A stretch of 64,000 bases of DNA from Longimicrobiales bacterium (GCA_965248195.1 CBDFIQ010000002.1:1280001-1344000), one strand, 5' to 3'; numbered from the stretch's first letter, positions 47,013 through 59,483 are shown. Numbers and translations are program-made. Notes: generated by a model from the sequence alone, not told the origin.

Positions 47013-49067
47013 TCACCCCTCCGCCCCTGACCCCTCCGGTACGGCGGTGCCAAACAACTTCAAGCCCCCTGCAAGAATCGCGATCGAACCGAGGAGAGCG
47101 ACCCAGACCGGCAGTCCCACCGCGGTGCCGACGTCGCCCACCACCATCGCGAGCAGCGCCACCACTAAGGCATAGGGCATTTGCGTCTTCACGTGGTCCA
47201 GGTGATCGCACGCCGCAGCTGTAGAGCTGAGTACGGTCGTGTCTGAGATGGGCGAACAGTGGTCCCCGAAAATGGCACCCGCGAGTGCCGAGCTGATGGC
47301 TCCCAACAGGATGGAGTATTCTCCGCCCGCCCCGAAACCCTCTGCACCACCCAGCGTCACCGTCAAGGGGATCACCAGCGGGATCATGATGGCCATGGTC
47401 GCCCAAGAGGTGCCGGTCGCGAACGCCATGGCGGCCGAAGTCAGGAACACGAGCACGGGGATGACTTGAAGTGGCACCGAGTCGTTCAGGATTTGTGCGA
47501 CGTACTGAGCTGTACTCAGATCCTCGGTCACCTGGCCGAGGGACCAGGCCAGCGTCAGGATGACCATCGCCAGAAACATCCCCTTCATGCCGGCCACCCA
47601 TGCGTTCAGCGCCTCCTGGACGGTCAAGATCCGCTGCACCACCGAAAGTGCGATTCCTACGACGCACCCCGCCATGGATCCCCAAAGAAGCGTCACGAAG
47701 GGGTCGGCCGCGCCGAAGATGTCCATCAAGGATGCGTCCGCGCTTGTCGAGGCGCGTCCAGACGTATACAGCCCCCCCAGGACGACCAGGATGACCGTGA
47801 TGATGGGGATCGCCGCATTGTGCCACCGAGGCCTCACTCCTTCGGGCGGCGTCACCTGAGACTCGGTCATGTCCACCGGGAGCTGCGCCCCGGACCGATG
47901 AAGCCCTCCGCCTGAAGCGGCGCGCCGCTCTGCTGCCGCCATCGGTCCGAAGTCCCGGTTCATCACGGACGTGAGAAACACGAACGCGAGTGCCAGGAGC
48001 GCATAGAACCGGTATGGGATCGTGCTGATGAATACCGCGAACGGACTGATCGATGTCAGCGTTGCAGCCAATGCCGGGTCGACGCCGGGCTGCTGTGCCG
48101 CGATGCTCATGCCGTCCGCGATCAGCGAGATTTCGTAACCCACCCACGTGGAGATCGGGAACAGAGCGGCCACGGGAGCGGCGGTCGAGTCGACGATGTA
48201 CGCGAGCTTTTCGCGGGAGATCTTGAGGCGATCCGTGATCGGTCGCATGGTGTTCCCGACGATCAACGTGTTGGCGTAGTCGTCGAAAAAGATGGCCAGG
48301 CCGGCGATCCACGTGGCGATCTTGCCGCGCCGGCTCGTACTGGCGAAGGGGCTTACGGCATCGACGATCCCCTGTGTGCCGCCGTTTCTCGAGACGATCC
48401 CGACGAGGCCTCCCAGCAAGAGGGAGAACACGACGATCTGCGTGTGTCCTCCTTCCATGTCGCCGAGCGCCGGAACGGCGTAAAGGTCGATCGTGCGCCA
48501 TGCAGCAGAGAGAGGGTCATACCCTGCCACCGCGAGCGCACCCAGCCACACACCGGCTAGAAGCGCTGTGATCACCTCCTTGAAGAGCAACGCGAGAAGG
48601 ATGGCCACCACAGGGGGGGCGAGGGAGAACCAGCCCGGCGCGAAAGGACGCGACACCTCTTCGCTCACCTGCCCGAGTTGGACCGTGAGCGGGAGCCCGC
48701 CCCGGCTGGACACCACCAGGTCGCTCACAGTGACCGTTCCACCGGCTCCGACGGAACCCGATCCCAAGACCACCCCCTGCGCGTCCCGCACCTCGAAGTC
48801 GACCGTGGAGCCGGCAGCTCCCTGGAGATCGAGCGAGAAAGGCACGCCTCCAAGGATGACCCTCGGGCCATTGACGACCTGGGGAGCGTCAGAGGTTTCC
48901 TGAGCCGACAGCGACACCGCCGAGGGACAAAGCGTCGAGACCCCGATCAGAAGCCCCAAGGCGCCAATTTTAATGCACTTCGAGGGGCTTGCAGCGGTCA
49001 AAAGACGACCGCGTTCGGAGCTCAGAAGCATGAAAGGAACCTTTCGGGGTACCAGATGCGGCTTCAA
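47013..49067 (-). CDS. NhaC-family Na+/H+ antiporter
   Basis: IFFDDYAN, DSTAAP, ATGTSWAT and GDHCSPISDTT motifs; exact start uncertain. Confidence 0.9.
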   Translation of the reverse strand: MKPHLVPRKVPFMLLSSERGRLLTAASPSKCIKIGALGLLIGVSTLCPSAVSLSAQETSDAPQVVNGPRVILGGVPFSLDLQGAAGSTVDFEVRDAQGVVLGSGSVGAGGTVTVSDLVVSSRGGLPLTVQLGQVSEEVSRPFAPGWFSLAPPVVAILLALLFKEVITALLAGVWLGALAVAGYDPLSAAWRTIDLYAVPALGDMEGGHTQIVVFSLLLGGLVGIVSRNGGTQGIVDAVSPFASTSRRGKIATWIAGLAIFFDDYANTLIVGNTMRPITDRLKISREKLAYIVDSTAAPVAALFPISTWVGYEISLIADGMSIAAQQPGVDPALAATLTSISPFAVFISTIPYRFYALLALAFVFLTSVMNRDFGPMAAAERRAASGGGLHRSGAQLPVDMTESQVTPPEGVRPRWHNAAIPIITVILVVLGGLYTSGRASTSADASLMDIFGAADPFVTLLWGSMAGCVVGIALSVVQRILTVQEALNAWVAGMKGMFLAMVILTLAWSLGQVTEDLSTAQYVAQILNDSVPLQVIPVLVFLTSAAMAFATGTSWATMAIMIPLVIPLTVTLGGAEGFGAGGEYSILLGAISSALAGAIFGDHCSPISDTTVLSSTAAACDHLDHVKTQMPYALVVALLAMVVGDVGTAVGLPVWVALLGSIAILAGGLKLFGTAVPEGSGAEG

Positions 49068-49196
49068 TGGGCGTTCATGATGTCGGGGCGGGATGTCCTT
49101 GTAAAGCGTTGGCGCCTAGTCTACCTTCCGGCGCCTTCGTTAAGTGGGTGAGGGAATCGGGCCTTCGCCAGGAGCTCCTCTCTGCACGTCTCGATC

Positions 49197-49733
49197 ATGG
49201 ACGAACAGGCGGTGCATCGCGCCGTCGCGCGGATGGCTCGTGAGCTCGTGGAGCAAAACGAAGGACCCGCCAATTTGGCCCTCCTGGGTATTCACCGCCG
49301 CGGCGTCCAGATCGCCGACCTCATCCGATCCGAGATCGAACGCGCCGAAGGCGTCAGCGTACCGATCGGATCTCTAGACATCACCCTGTATCGCGACGAT
49401 CTCATGGCCATTGGGCCACGCCCCGTGATCGGTGCGACGGTCCTCCCTGAGGGGGGTGTGGACGAGACGGCGATCGTGATCGTCGACGACGTACTCTTCA
49501 CGGGCCGAACCGTCCGGGCGGCCCTCAACGAACTCATGGACTGGGGCCGGCCGGCGCGGGTCTCGCTCTGCGTCTTGGTGGATCGCGGGGGGCGGGAGAT
49601 TCCGATCCAACCCAACGTCGTGGGAAAGGTCATCACGGTTCTTCCCGACCAGGCCGTAGAGGTGTCCGTCCTGGATCTCGATGGCCGTTGGGGCGTCGAC
49701 ATCGTGCCACTTTCATCGGAGGCGGGGGCTTGA
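49197..49733 (+). CDS. pyrR: Bifunctional pyr regulator / uracil phosphoribosyltransferase
   Basis: [19 protein letters not shown] and LVDRG motifs. Confidence 0.95.
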   Translation: MDEQAVHRAVARMARELVEQNEGPANLALLGIHRRGVQIADLIRSEIERAEGVSVPIGSLDITLYRDDLMAIGPRPVIGATVLPEGGVDETAIVIVDDVLFTGRTVRAALNELMDWGRPARVSLCVLVDRGGREIPIQPNVVGKVITVLPDQAVEVSVLDLDGRWGVDIVPLSSEAGA

Positions 49734-50701
49734 ACCAGCCGAATGCCTCACTCGGCAAGGACCTGGTGGGACTAGAATCTCTCTCCGCCGAGCAGATTCT
49801 CACCGTTCTGAACACCTCCGAGCCCTTCAAGGAAATCTCCGAGCGCCGAATCAAGAAGGTGCCGGTCCTCCGGGGAAAAACGATCGTGAACCTTTTCTTC
49901 GAGGACTCGACGCGCACCCGGGTGTCGTTCGAATTCGCGGAGAAGCGGCTGAGCGCCGACACGGTGAACATTACGTCGACCGGATCGTCGGTGGCCAAAG
50001 GGGAGACGCTGGTCGATACGGCCCGAAACCTCGAGGCGATGCGGATCGACATGGTCGTCGTGCGGCATGGCTCTTCCGGGGCCGCAAAGTTCCTGGCCGA
50101 GCGTATTCCCTCGAACGTGATCAACGCGGGGGACGGCAGCCACGAGCACCCGACCCAGGCGCTCCTCGACATGCTCACGATCCGGGATCACTTCGCCAAG
50201 ATCGAAGCGCTCAAGGTTTGCTTGGTCGGTGACATCCTCCATTCCCGCGTGGCTCGCTCGAATATCTTTGGACTCCTCGCCCTGGGCGCCGAAGTTGCGG
50301 TATGCGGACCCAAGACCCTGCTACCGCTGGGGATCGATGAGCTCGGGGTCACCGTCTTCTCGCACATCGAAGAGGCGATCGAATGGGCCGATGCCCTCAA
50401 CGTGTTGCGTCTTCAGTTGGAGCGGATGGAGGCAGGCTTCCTCCCCAGCTTGCGAGAGTACAATCAGGTCTGGGGCGTCTCACAGGCCAGGCTCGAACAG
50501 GCACCAAAGGAGTTGTTGATCCTCCATCCCGGGCCCATGAACCGCGGAGTCGAGATCGATAGCGACGTGGCCGACGGGCCCCACGCCGTGATTCTCCAGC
50601 AGGTGACGAACGGGGTAGCGGTCCGGATGGCGGTTCTCTATCTACTCGCGGGGGGCGCACCCGACACGGCCGAGGCGGCCAAGGGAGGAGCAGAGGTTTG
50701 A
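49730..50701 (+). CDS. pyrB: Aspartate carbamoyltransferase catalytic subunit
   Basis: [12 protein letters not shown] and HPGP motifs; TTG start overlaps the pyrR stop. Confidence 0.96.
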   Translation: MNQPNASLGKDLVGLESLSAEQILTVLNTSEPFKEISERRIKKVPVLRGKTIVNLFFEDSTRTRVSFEFAEKRLSADTVNITSTGSSVAKGETLVDTARNLEAMRIDMVVVRHGSSGAAKFLAERIPSNVINAGDGSHEHPTQALLDMLTIRDHFAKIEALKVCLVGDILHSRVARSNIFGLLALGAEVAVCGPKTLLPLGIDELGVTVFSHIEEAIEWADALNVLRLQLERMEAGFLPSLREYNQVWGVSQARLEQAPKELLILHPGPMNRGVEIDSDVADGPHAVILQQVTNGVAVRMAVLYLLAGGAPDTAEAAKGGAEV

Positions 50702-51990
50702 GCGGCCCCCTACTGATCCGGGGGGGACGGGTCATCGACCCCAGCCAAGCGATCGACGCCGCGCGTGACGTCCTCGTGGTGGATGGAGTCGTCGCCGGCG
50801 TCGGTGAGGGGATCGAGGCGCCCGAGGGCGCCCGCGAGATCGACGCGGCGGGACTCGTCGTGACGCCGGGCCTGATCGACGTCCACGTCCATCTCCGCGA
50901 GCCTGGGGGGGAGCACAAAGAGACGATCGCGACCGGTGCAAGGGCGGCGGCGGCGGGCGGATTCACGGCCGTGTGCGCCATGCCGAACACGGACCCGGTC
51001 GTGGACGACCCGGCGGGCGTGGGTTTCGTTCTTGCTCAAGGTGCGGCCGCGGGGGCGGCGCGCGTCTACCCGATGGGGGCCATCTCGGTGGGGCAGGAGG
51101 GCAAGCAGCTCGCGGCCATCGGCGAGATGTTCGAGGCCGGGGCGGTGGGCATTACCGACGATGGGAACCCTGTCATGGACTCGGGGCTCATGCGCAGAGC
51201 GTTGGATTACGCCCAGGCGTTCGGCATTCCGGTCGCGGATCACCCCGAAGATCTGGGGCTCTCGGGTGTAGGCGTCATGAACGAGGGACTGGTGGCCACG
51301 AGGCTCGGTCTCCACGGGAAGCCGAACGCCTCGGAGGACGTACACATCGTCCGGGACCTGCTGCTCGCCGACCTCACGGGGGGACACATCCACCTCCAGC
51401 ACGTCTCCACGGAGTACGGAGTAGATGCGATCCGGCTGGCCAAGACTCGGGGCGTGCGCGTCACGGCCGAGGCCACCCCGCACCACCTCATCCTCACGGA
51501 CGAGCGCATCGAGGGTTTCGACACCGACGCTAAAATGAACCCGCCGCTCCGCTCTTTGACGGACCGTGAAGCGGTCCGCGAGGGGTTGGCCGATGGGACT
51601 CTAGATGTCTTCGCGACGGACCATGCTCCCCATCATTACGATGAAAAGGAGCAGGCGTTCGCGGACGCACCCAACGGGATCATCGGGCTGGAGACCGCGT
51701 TGGGACTCGGGCTTACTTATTTGGTCGGAGAAGGATTCATCGACCTTCCTACGCTCATCCATCGGATGAGCGTAGGCCCGGCGGAGGCCTTCGGTCTGCC
51801 CGGAGGAACGCTGGCCGCTGGCTCGCCCGGTGACGTCACGATCATCGATCCAGAAGAAGCGTGGACGGTCGATCCGGACGGGTTTCTGTCCAAGAGCCGA
51901 AACACGCCCTTTCACGGGTGGGATCTGAGGGGGCGAGCGCGCTACACGATTGTCGGGGGTGAGATTGTCTGGGAGGCGGATCGGGGGTAG
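50698..51990 (+). CDS. pyrC: Dihydroorotase
   Basis: [21 protein letters not shown] and TDHAPH motifs. Confidence 0.96.
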   Translation: MSGPLLIRGGRVIDPSQAIDAARDVLVVDGVVAGVGEGIEAPEGAREIDAAGLVVTPGLIDVHVHLREPGGEHKETIATGARAAAAGGFTAVCAMPNTDPVVDDPAGVGFVLAQGAAAGAARVYPMGAISVGQEGKQLAAIGEMFEAGAVGITDDGNPVMDSGLMRRALDYAQAFGIPVADHPEDLGLSGVGVMNEGLVATRLGLHGKPNASEDVHIVRDLLLADLTGGHIHLQHVSTEYGVDAIRLAKTRGVRVTAEATPHHLILTDERIEGFDTDAKMNPPLRSLTDREAVREGLADGTLDVFATDHAPHHYDEKEQAFADAPNGIIGLETALGLGLTYLVGEGFIDLPTLIHRMSVGPAEAFGLPGGTLAAGSPGDVTIIDPEEAWTVDPDGFLSKSRNTPFHGWDLRGRARYTIVGGEIVWEADRG

Positions 51991-52025
51991 GGCCCTAAGT
52001 GATGGTCGATCTGGTGGTCGATCTC

Positions 52026-52280
52026 TCAGCTCATCGCGCGGACCCTGCGGGTCAGATTGCTCTTCATCCGAGCCACGGTATTTGGGTGGAGGAGGTGCCG
52101 TGTGGCAGCCCGATCGAGAAGGATCTGCACCCTCCGGTACTCGACTTCGGCCGTCTTCGCGTTCTTGGCGTTTTCGACGCGCTTCACTGCCGTCCGAAGC
52201 CTGGACCGTGCGGCGCGGTTACGAGCGTTTGCATTTCGGCTCAAGCCGACGCGCTTTTTCGCACTCTTGAGATTCGGCAA
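52026..52280 (-). CDS. rpsT: 30S ribosomal protein S20
   Basis: MPNLKSAKKR...RN...LH.N..AR.KS; TTG start at 52280. Confidence 0.93.
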   Translation of the reverse strand: MPNLKSAKKRVGLSRNANARNRAARSRLRTAVKRVENAKNAKTAEVEYRRVQILLDRAATRHLLHPNTVARMKSNLTRRVRAMS

Positions 52281-52458
52281 TTCGGTTCTTTCGACCCTCT
52301 GGCTTCTGGCCAACACCTACGCTCAGGTTCAGCGGAAAGTATAGACGAAACGCAAGAACCCATCAAGAACCGTGTGGATAAGGGAGGGACCTGACCGATC
52401 TCCCACCGATAGGCCGGCCGGTCTAGACGTCTCTCACCGCCACGGATACCTTCCCGCC

Positions 52459-53112
52459 ATGTTGCTCTTGTCGGTTCTCCCAGTACTCATTTTCTCGATC
52501 GTTGTCCATGAGGTCGCGCACGCGTGGGTAGCTCTCAAGGAAGGTGACGACACGGCCCAATCGCTAGGTCGGATCACGCTCAATCCCCTCTCACATTTGG
52601 ATCCGATCGGATCGTTTCTCGTTCCGGTGGTCCTGTTCTTCATGCCCGGTGGCATTATTTTCGGATGGGCCAAACCGGTCCCGATCGATCCCCGGAAATT
52701 CCGTGACTTCCGCGGCGGAGACATCCGCGTTTCTCTCGCTGGCATCGTCTCGAATCTGATTTTGGCGGTCGTCTTTACGCTCATGACCGTGGTTTTCATC
52801 AACCTTCAGGGCGCCTTCCCCCTCGGGGAATCAACCTTTGGCTTTCTGATTCGGACGGCACGGTTCGGCGTGCTGATCAACTTGATCCTCGCCATCTTCA
52901 ACCTTGTCCCGATTCCACCACTCGATGGTTCCCATGTGGTTTACCACTTCTTGCCCCGAGCATGGCGCACGGCGTACCAGCGGGCCGGACGCTATGGGAT
53001 TTTGGTCATCATCGGGCTTGCGTATTTCTATCCCCCCTTCTTCACCATCGTCCTGTGGCCGGTCTTCGCCCTCTTCGGCCTCGCCGATACCTTCATCGAC
53101 CTGTGGACCTAG
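52459..53112 (+). CDS. Site-2 protease (M50)
   Basis: HEVAH and NLVPIPPLDG motifs. Confidence 0.93.
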   Translation: MLLLSVLPVLIFSIVVHEVAHAWVALKEGDDTAQSLGRITLNPLSHLDPIGSFLVPVVLFFMPGGIIFGWAKPVPIDPRKFRDFRGGDIRVSLAGIVSNLILAVVFTLMTVVFINLQGAFPLGESTFGFLIRTARFGVLINLILAIFNLVPIPPLDGSHVVYHFLPRAWRTAYQRAGRYGILVIIGLAYFYPPFFTIVLWPVFALFGLADTFIDLWT

Positions 53113-53912
53113 CCGTCACCGAGAGTCCCCTCGAGCAGGAGGACTTTCTTGTCATCGACATCGAGCGCTTTCAGGGGCCGCTCGACCTGCTGCTGCACCT
53201 CATCCGTCAGCAGGACATCGATGTCTTCGAAATCCCCGTCGCCCGGATCACCCGTCAATTCCTGGCCGCCATCGAAGGGATCGAGGCCAAGGATCTGGAC
53301 AACGCTGGAGAATTCATCGAAATGGCGGCCGGGCTCATCCACATCAAGGCCCAGATGCTCCTGCCGAGGCATGGGGAGACGGAAGACGAGGACCCGAGGG
53401 CCGAGCTCGTCCGCCGTCTTCTCGAATATGAACAGATCCGAGACATCAGCCAGCTGCTGGCCAGTGCGGAGGCCGAGCGGGCCCGCAGATTCGGGAAGGG
53501 GTTCCTGGAGCCACGTCCGCGCCCCCCGATGGCAGAAACGCCGTTGGAGACGACCTGGGATGACGTATTCGCGGCCGCCCTCCTCGTTACGCCGCCGGAT
53601 CCGGAAATTCGAACTCACCGGGTTACCACCCCTCCCGTGGCGATGGAAGACAAAATGAACCTGATCCTCGGCACGCTCGATCGAGTGCGGCGGATCGAGT
53701 TCAGCCGGTTGGTGAGGCCCTTCAAAAGCCGCACACATGGCGTCATGACGCTGCTTGCGGGGCTGGAGCTTACACGGAGGCGGCGTGTGCGGCTGCGACA
53801 GGTAAAGATGTTCTCGGAGTTGTGGATGTATGCGGGCGTCGAGGGAAGTGAGGCGTCGACGGGTAAGGAAGATACGGCGGTACAGAAAGATAACGCGCTG
53901 GAGGCATCATGA
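53103..53912 (+). CDS. scpA: Segregation and condensation protein A
   Basis: FQGPLDLLLHLI and DPRAELVRRLLEYE motifs. Confidence 0.93.
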   Translation: MDLAVTESPLEQEDFLVIDIERFQGPLDLLLHLIRQQDIDVFEIPVARITRQFLAAIEGIEAKDLDNAGEFIEMAAGLIHIKAQMLLPRHGETEDEDPRAELVRRLLEYEQIRDISQLLASAEAERARRFGKGFLEPRPRPPMAETPLETTWDDVFAAALLVTPPDPEIRTHRVTTPPVAMEDKMNLILGTLDRVRRIEFSRLVRPFKSRTHGVMTLLAGLELTRRRRVRLRQVKMFSELWMYAGVEGSEASTGKEDTAVQKDNALEAS

Positions 53913-54607
53913 ATCCGACCCAGATCGTGGAGGCTGTGCTCTTCGCGAGCGAAGCGCCCTTGAATGCTGAGGAGATCGCCCGCGCCGACGAGGCGCTCGA
54001 CGAAGATCTGATCGAGGAGGCGGTCCAGGAACTCAACGCCGCGTACTCGGAATCCGAGCGAGCGTTCGAGATCCGAGAGCTCGGCGAGGGCTACCAGCTT
54101 CTCACACGGGCGGATTTCGCACCCTACCTGGAACGATTCGACACGATTCCCAGGCCGTCTCGGCTCTCCGGGCCGGCCTTGGAGACGCTGGCCATCATCG
54201 CATATCGGCAGCCGATCGGGCGCATCGAGATGGAGTACATCCGGGGCGTCAGCTCCTCGGGTGTGATTCATACGCTCCAGGACCGGGGGCTCATCGACGT
54301 CGTGGCTCGGGGCGAGGGACTGGGCCGGCCTCTTCTTTACGGAACCAATCAGCGTTTCCTGGAGCACTTCGGGTTCCGGTCGCTGGACGATCTGCCCCGC
54401 CCGGAGGAATTGCCCATAATCTTGAGGGACCGGACGCCGCTCGAGGATCTGGAGGGCTCGGAGCCCATGGAGGAGGCGGAGTCGAGGGAAGCCGACGCGG
54501 ACGAGCCGAAGCCGGGTGTCGACGACGTGCTTTCCGACGCCGGCGACGATCCGGGCGACGGAGCTGAGGATCTGGCCCACGCAGCGGGGAATCCGGCCGA
54601 CGACTGA
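53909..54607 (+). CDS. scpB: Segregation and condensation protein B
   Basis: LETLAIIAYRQP, IRGV and GRPLLYGT motifs. Confidence 0.95.
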   Translation: MNPTQIVEAVLFASEAPLNAEEIARADEALDEDLIEEAVQELNAAYSESERAFEIRELGEGYQLLTRADFAPYLERFDTIPRPSRLSGPALETLAIIAYRQPIGRIEMEYIRGVSSSGVIHTLQDRGLIDVVARGEGLGRPLLYGTNQRFLEHFGFRSLDDLPRPEELPIILRDRTPLEDLEGSEPMEEAESREADADEPKPGVDDVLSDAGDDPGDGAEDLAHAAGNPADD

Positions 54608-54619
54608 GCCTCTTCACGC

Positions 54620-55336
54620 ATGCGTATTCAGAAGTTCCTGTCCAGGGCTGGCGTGGCCTCCCGGCGGAAGGCCGAGGCGATGGTTCTCGATGGCCGGGTC
54701 CGTGTTAACGGAACCGTAGTCACCGAGCTCGGGACGAAGGTCCAACCCTTCCGAGACCGCGTGGATGTGGATGGTGCACCGGTGCGTCTTCCCGACGCGC
54801 GCTGGATCCGTTTTCATAAGCCCGCGGGCGTTCTGTGCACCGCCATGGACACCCGCGGTAGGCCCACCATCTACGATCTGCTTCCCCGTGAGCACTCTAG
54901 CCTCCGCTATGTCGGTCGGCTCGACCTCGACACCGAGGGGCTGCTCCTCTTGACCAACGACGGAGACATCGCAAACCGGCTCCAACACCCGCGCTACCAG
55001 GTGGAGCGCGAATACGAAGTGTGCGTGCGAGGGGTGCCGTCGAAGAAGGACCTCGCACGTCTCCGGTCGGGCGTGGTACTCGACGATGGCCTGGCGCGCC
55101 CGGTCCGAGTAGAGGTCGCCGCCCCGGTCGAGGAGTACGGAAATCTCACACTCGTGATGACCGAGGGCCGAAAGCGAGAGGTGCGGAGGCTCATGTACGC
55201 TGTGGGGTATCCGGTCGTGACATTGAGGCGGGTTTGCTTCGGGCCCGTGAAGCTCGGCAACCTTCCTTCGGGCAAGTGGGAGACGTTGAGCTCACACGAG
55301 GTGTTGGCTCTAGGGAAGCGCACGACGGAGGACTGA
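54620..55336 (+). CDS. rluB: RsuA-family pseudouridine synthase (RluB-like)
   Basis: S4 domain, VGRLDLDTEGLLLLTNDG and EGRKREVRR motifs. Confidence 0.88.
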   Translation: MRIQKFLSRAGVASRRKAEAMVLDGRVRVNGTVVTELGTKVQPFRDRVDVDGAPVRLPDARWIRFHKPAGVLCTAMDTRGRPTIYDLLPREHSSLRYVGRLDLDTEGLLLLTNDGDIANRLQHPRYQVEREYEVCVRGVPSKKDLARLRSGVVLDDGLARPVRVEVAAPVEEYGNLTLVMTEGRKREVRRLMYAVGYPVVTLRRVCFGPVKLGNLPSGKWETLSSHEVLALGKRTTED

Positions 55337-55411
55337 CCAGTAAGAAGGTGGGCTCCGGCGGCCTCGCCCGTGGATGGAAGTTGGAGGGCAGATTACCTTG
55401 AAGTCCAAGAA

Positions 55412-55485
<74 letters not shown>

Positions 55486-55532
55486 CTTGCGATAGGCCAT
55501 GTGCCCGAGGTCGAAATCGATATCGCCCCAAG

Positions 55533-57483
55533 TGGCCTCAGCTACGTGAGATCCTGGAGGATTATCGCCCTGCAGAGTGTAGTCCAAGTGATCTTGTGTT
55601 CCCGAGTCCACGTACTGCACACGGAGGCCGAGAAGGAATGGTCAACGACCTGCGAAAGGTCATGATCGATCTCCGGAAGCACTCCAGCGTTGACCTCCCT
55701 GAAGGCGTGACAATCTTCCGCCACACCTACGCCACTGCCCGCCTCCAAACGACCGATGGCGGCAAGCAAATTTCGCTCTGGACCGTGGCCAAAGAGCTAG
55801 GCCACAAGAACGTGTCGCGAGTGGAACGGAACCTGTCAACGACAATGGGACACTCTACGGGATTAATTAGAGAGCAATATCCTGTGTGGTGAGGGAAGGG
55901 ATGGGAGGATTGATGTAGACGGCCTCCGGGAGCGGTTTGGGCTTCGGCACACCTGTGACGAAGCGTTCGGGATGAGCGGCCCATGCTTCGCGGAGCACGG
56001 ATTTCCTGCCGGCAATGACCTGATCGGCGTTCCCGAAGTGGACCTGCTCGGGGGTTAGCATCGAGATACCGCCATGGCGGTGCTCGGCATTGTACCAGCG
56101 GAAGAACGATCGACACAACGTCTTGGCCTGGCCCTGATCCCCGAACCGCCCGGGAAACGAGGGATGGTACTTCAAGGTTTTGAACTGAGCCTCGGAAAAC
56201 GGGTTGTCATCCGACACCTGAGGCCGGCTCAACGAGCGAGTCACGCCGAGGTCAGCGAGAAGTTGAGCGGTGCATTGGCTCGTCATTGGAGCTCCCCGAT
56301 CCGAGTGCAGGGTCAGGACCCGGGGCTGGACGCCATGCTTCAGGCAGCTCTGCTGGATCAACCGGCCGGCCAGGGCCGAGTTCTCCCGGTCCGCCACCAT
56401 CCAGCCCACGACGTAGCGGCTGTAGATGTCCATGATGACGTAGAGGTAGTAATAGCTCCACTTCTTCGGCCCGAGTAGCCGCGTGATATCCCAGGACCAC
56501 ACCTGGTTCGGCGCCGTGGCCATCAACTCGGGCTTCTTGTACTCGGGATGGGTGCGCTGCGCCCGGCGTTCCTGAACCGGCACCTCGGAGGCCAGAACAC
56601 GATACATCGTGCGTTCGCTGCACAGGTAGACCTCTTCGTCGAGCAGCGTGGCCACCACCTCGGCGGGTGAGCGGTCCACGAACCGCTCCGAACACAGCGT
56701 GTCGAAGACCTCGCCTCGTTCCGTCTCGCTCAATGCCCGGGCGGGCGTCGGGCGGGGCTGCCGTTGCCCGGTCGATGGGCCTCGACGACGGTAGAACGTC
56801 GATCGGGAGACCTCGAGAGCCGCGCACGCCGGTTTTACACCGACGTGCTTAGCCAGCTCATCGGCCGCCTTCAAGAGTTCGTCCCGTCGTCGAGGCTTAT
56901 CCCCAGCAGCCCCGCAACTTTTCCCTGCACGTCGATGATCAGGTGTGCCTTCCTGAGCTCATTCTCGAGCCGTGCGTTTTGCCGCTCCAGCTTGCGTACC
57001 TTCTCATCCAGCGGATTCCGCTCCGGCTTGCGGCCGCGTTTCTTCGACAGGGCCTTCAGCGACCCGCTATGCGCCGCCTTGCGCCACGTCGTCAGGTGCG
57101 ACGAGTACAGGCCCTCGCGCCGCAGGAGCTGACCCACCTCGCCGGGCTCGGTGCACCGGTCCGCTTCTTCGACGATCCGCAGCTTGTACGATGGACTGAA
57201 CCGCCGGCGTAGCGGCCTATCTACTACCTCCGGGTCCGCAGGAGCTGCCGCGCTTCGCTTGGCCTCCCCGATTCCAGGGGCACTACCATTCTCTTCCATT
57301 CTCTCTCGCAGTCCCAACATGTTCGTTTTCTCTGCCTTCGCCCTACTCTAATTCTTTGCGTGCTCCGTGTCTCACGTACGTTGGCAGAGAGGGGAAGACA
57401 CCTATGGCCATCCAAGCCACTATCGCCCAAGAAGTGAGGTCGTGGAGTATCGGATCGATCAGGAGCAGAGCAGGGAAGGCTAA
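55533..57483 (+). pseudogene. Tyrosine recombinase/integrase C-terminal relic interrupted by IS3
   Basis: WPQLREIL...FRHTYAT...ELGHKNVSRVE (to 55826) resumes after the IS as DTYGH...* (57397-57483), restoring the catalytic Tyr; the N-terminus is missing. Confidence 0.85.
55827..57393 (-). mobile_element. IS3-family element, copy 1 (1567 bp), 3-bp target duplication GAA
   Basis: orfA 56871-57320 and orfB 55867-56874 (WSWDIT, HSDRG, DNPFSEAQF); GAA on both flanks. Confidence 0.95.
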
Positions 57484-57519
57484 GCGTCTTAAAGGAAGCC
57501 TTCTAGTCCGTTTAGACTC

Positions 57520-57813
57520 CTATCGCTTGACTGGTCGTACAGCCGGTCCCCCGAGCCGAAGCACTTCCTCTCCAGCGGGGGTCTGAATCACCAGGCTCGA
57601 CTCCGGCCCCGCCACCAAGACCACTGAGGAGGAGTCCGATCCGTTCGTCAGCACAAGGCGCTCGGTTGTCACCACATCCTGCGCATCGGGCACCTGGGCG
57701 GCACCCGTAATGAGTACGACTGCCAGCCCGAGCATAAACGCGAGCAGGCGGCTTCGACGCAGCGATGTCTCAAGCGTGCGGACGCGGCCTTCGAGTTGAG
57801 TCATCGAGTCCAT
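57520..57813 (-). CDS. Hypothetical exported/membrane-anchored protein (97 aa)
   Basis: GGAGGAGG RBS before MDSMTQLEGRVRTLE; short coiled coil followed by a TM segment. Confidence 0.65.
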   Translation of the reverse strand: MDSMTQLEGRVRTLETSLRRSRLLAFMLGLAVVLITGAAQVPDAQDVVTTERLVLTNGSDSSSVVLVAGPESSLVIQTPAGEEVLRLGGPAVRPVKR

Positions 57814-57916
57814 GATCGTGAACCTCCTCCTGAAGTGGGACCATCTTCCTGAGACTCGCAGAACGGCGCAAACGGTTGTCTGATCCACAGCCAGCCACCA
57901 GCCCGCAGCCCTCCAT

Positions 57917-59483
57917 CGGAACCTGTCAACGACAATGGGACACTCTACGGGATTAATTAGAGAGCAATATCCTGTGTGGTGAGGGAAGGGATGGGAGGAT
58001 TGATGTAGACGGCCTCCGGGAGCGGTTTGGGCTTCGGCACACCTGTGACGAAGCGTTCGGGATGAGCGGCCCATGCTTCGCGGAGCACGGATTTCCTGCC
58101 GGCAATGACCTGATCGGCGTTCCCGAAGTGGACCTGCTCGGGGGTTAGCATCGAGATACCGCCATGGCGGTGCTCGGCATTGTACCAGCGGAAGAACGAT
58201 CGACACAACGTCTTGGCCTGGCCCTGATCCCCGAACCGCCCGGGAAACGAGGGATGGTACTTCAAGGTTTTGAACTGAGCCTCGGAAAACGGGTTGTCAT
58301 CCGACACCTGAGGCCGGCTCAACGAGCGAGTCACGCCGAGGTCAGCGAGAAGTTGAGCGGTGCATTGGCTCGTCATTGGAGCTCCCCGATCCGAGTGCAG
58401 GGTCAGGACCCGGGGCTGGACGCCATGCTTCAGGCAGCTCTGCTGGATCAACCGGCCGGCCAGGGCCGAGTTCTCCCGGTCCGCCACCATCCAGCCCACG
58501 ACGTAGCGGCTGTAGATGTCCATGATGACGTAGAGGTAGTAATAGCTCCACTTCTTCGGCCCGAGTAGCCGCGTGATATCCCAGGACCACACCTGGTTCG
58601 GCGCCGTGGCCATCAACTCGGGCTTCTTGTACTCGGGATGGGTGCGCTGCGCCCGGCGTTCCTGAACCGGCACCTCGGAGGCCAGAACACGATACATCGT
58701 GCGTTCGCTGCACAGGTAGACCTCTTCGTCGAGCAGCGTGGCCACCACCTCGGCGGGTGAGCGGTCCACGAACCGCTCCGAACACAGCGTGTCGAAGACC
58801 TCGCCTCGTTCCGTCTCGCTCAATGCCCGGGCGGGCGTCGGGCGGGGCTGCCGTTGCCCGGTCGATGGGCCTCGACGACGGTAGAACGTCGATCGGGAGA
58901 CCTCGAGAGCCGCGCACGCCGGTTTTACACCGACGTGCTTAGCCAGCTCATCGGCCGCCTTCAAGAGTTCGTCCCGTCGTCGAGGCTTATCCCCAGCAGC
59001 CCCGCAACTTTTCCCTGCACGTCGATGATCAGGTGTGCCTTCCTGAGCTCATTCTCGAGCCGTGCGTTTTGCCGCTCCAGCTTGCGTACCTTCTCATCCA
59101 GCGGATTCCGCTCCGGCTTGCGGCCGCGTTTCTTCGACAGGGCCTTCAGCGACCCGCTATGCGCCGCCTTGCGCCACGTCGTCAGGTGCGACGAGTACAG
59201 GCCCTCGCGCCGCAGGAGCTGACCCACCTCGCCGGGCTCGGTGCACCGGTCCGCTTCTTCGACGATCCGCAGCTTGTACGATGGACTGAACCGCCGGCGT
59301 AGCGGCCTATCTACTACCTCCGGGTCCGCAGGAGCTGCCGCGCTTCGCTTGGCCTCCCCGATTCCAGGGGCACTACCATTCTCTTCCATTCTCTCTCGCA
59401 GTCCCAACATGTTCGTTTTCTCTGCCTTCGCCCTACTCTAATTCTTTGCGTGCTCCGTGTCTCACGTACGTTGGCAGAGAGGG
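57917..59483 (-). mobile_element. IS3-family element, copy 2, 3-bp target duplication CAT
   Basis: Same ORFs as copy 1 (57957-58964, 58961-59410); CAT on both flanks. Confidence 0.95.

Noticed and set aside
49068..49196. PyrR-binding attenuator upstream of pyrR
   Set aside because: No recognisable PyrR binding-loop consensus or terminator/antiterminator pair seen.
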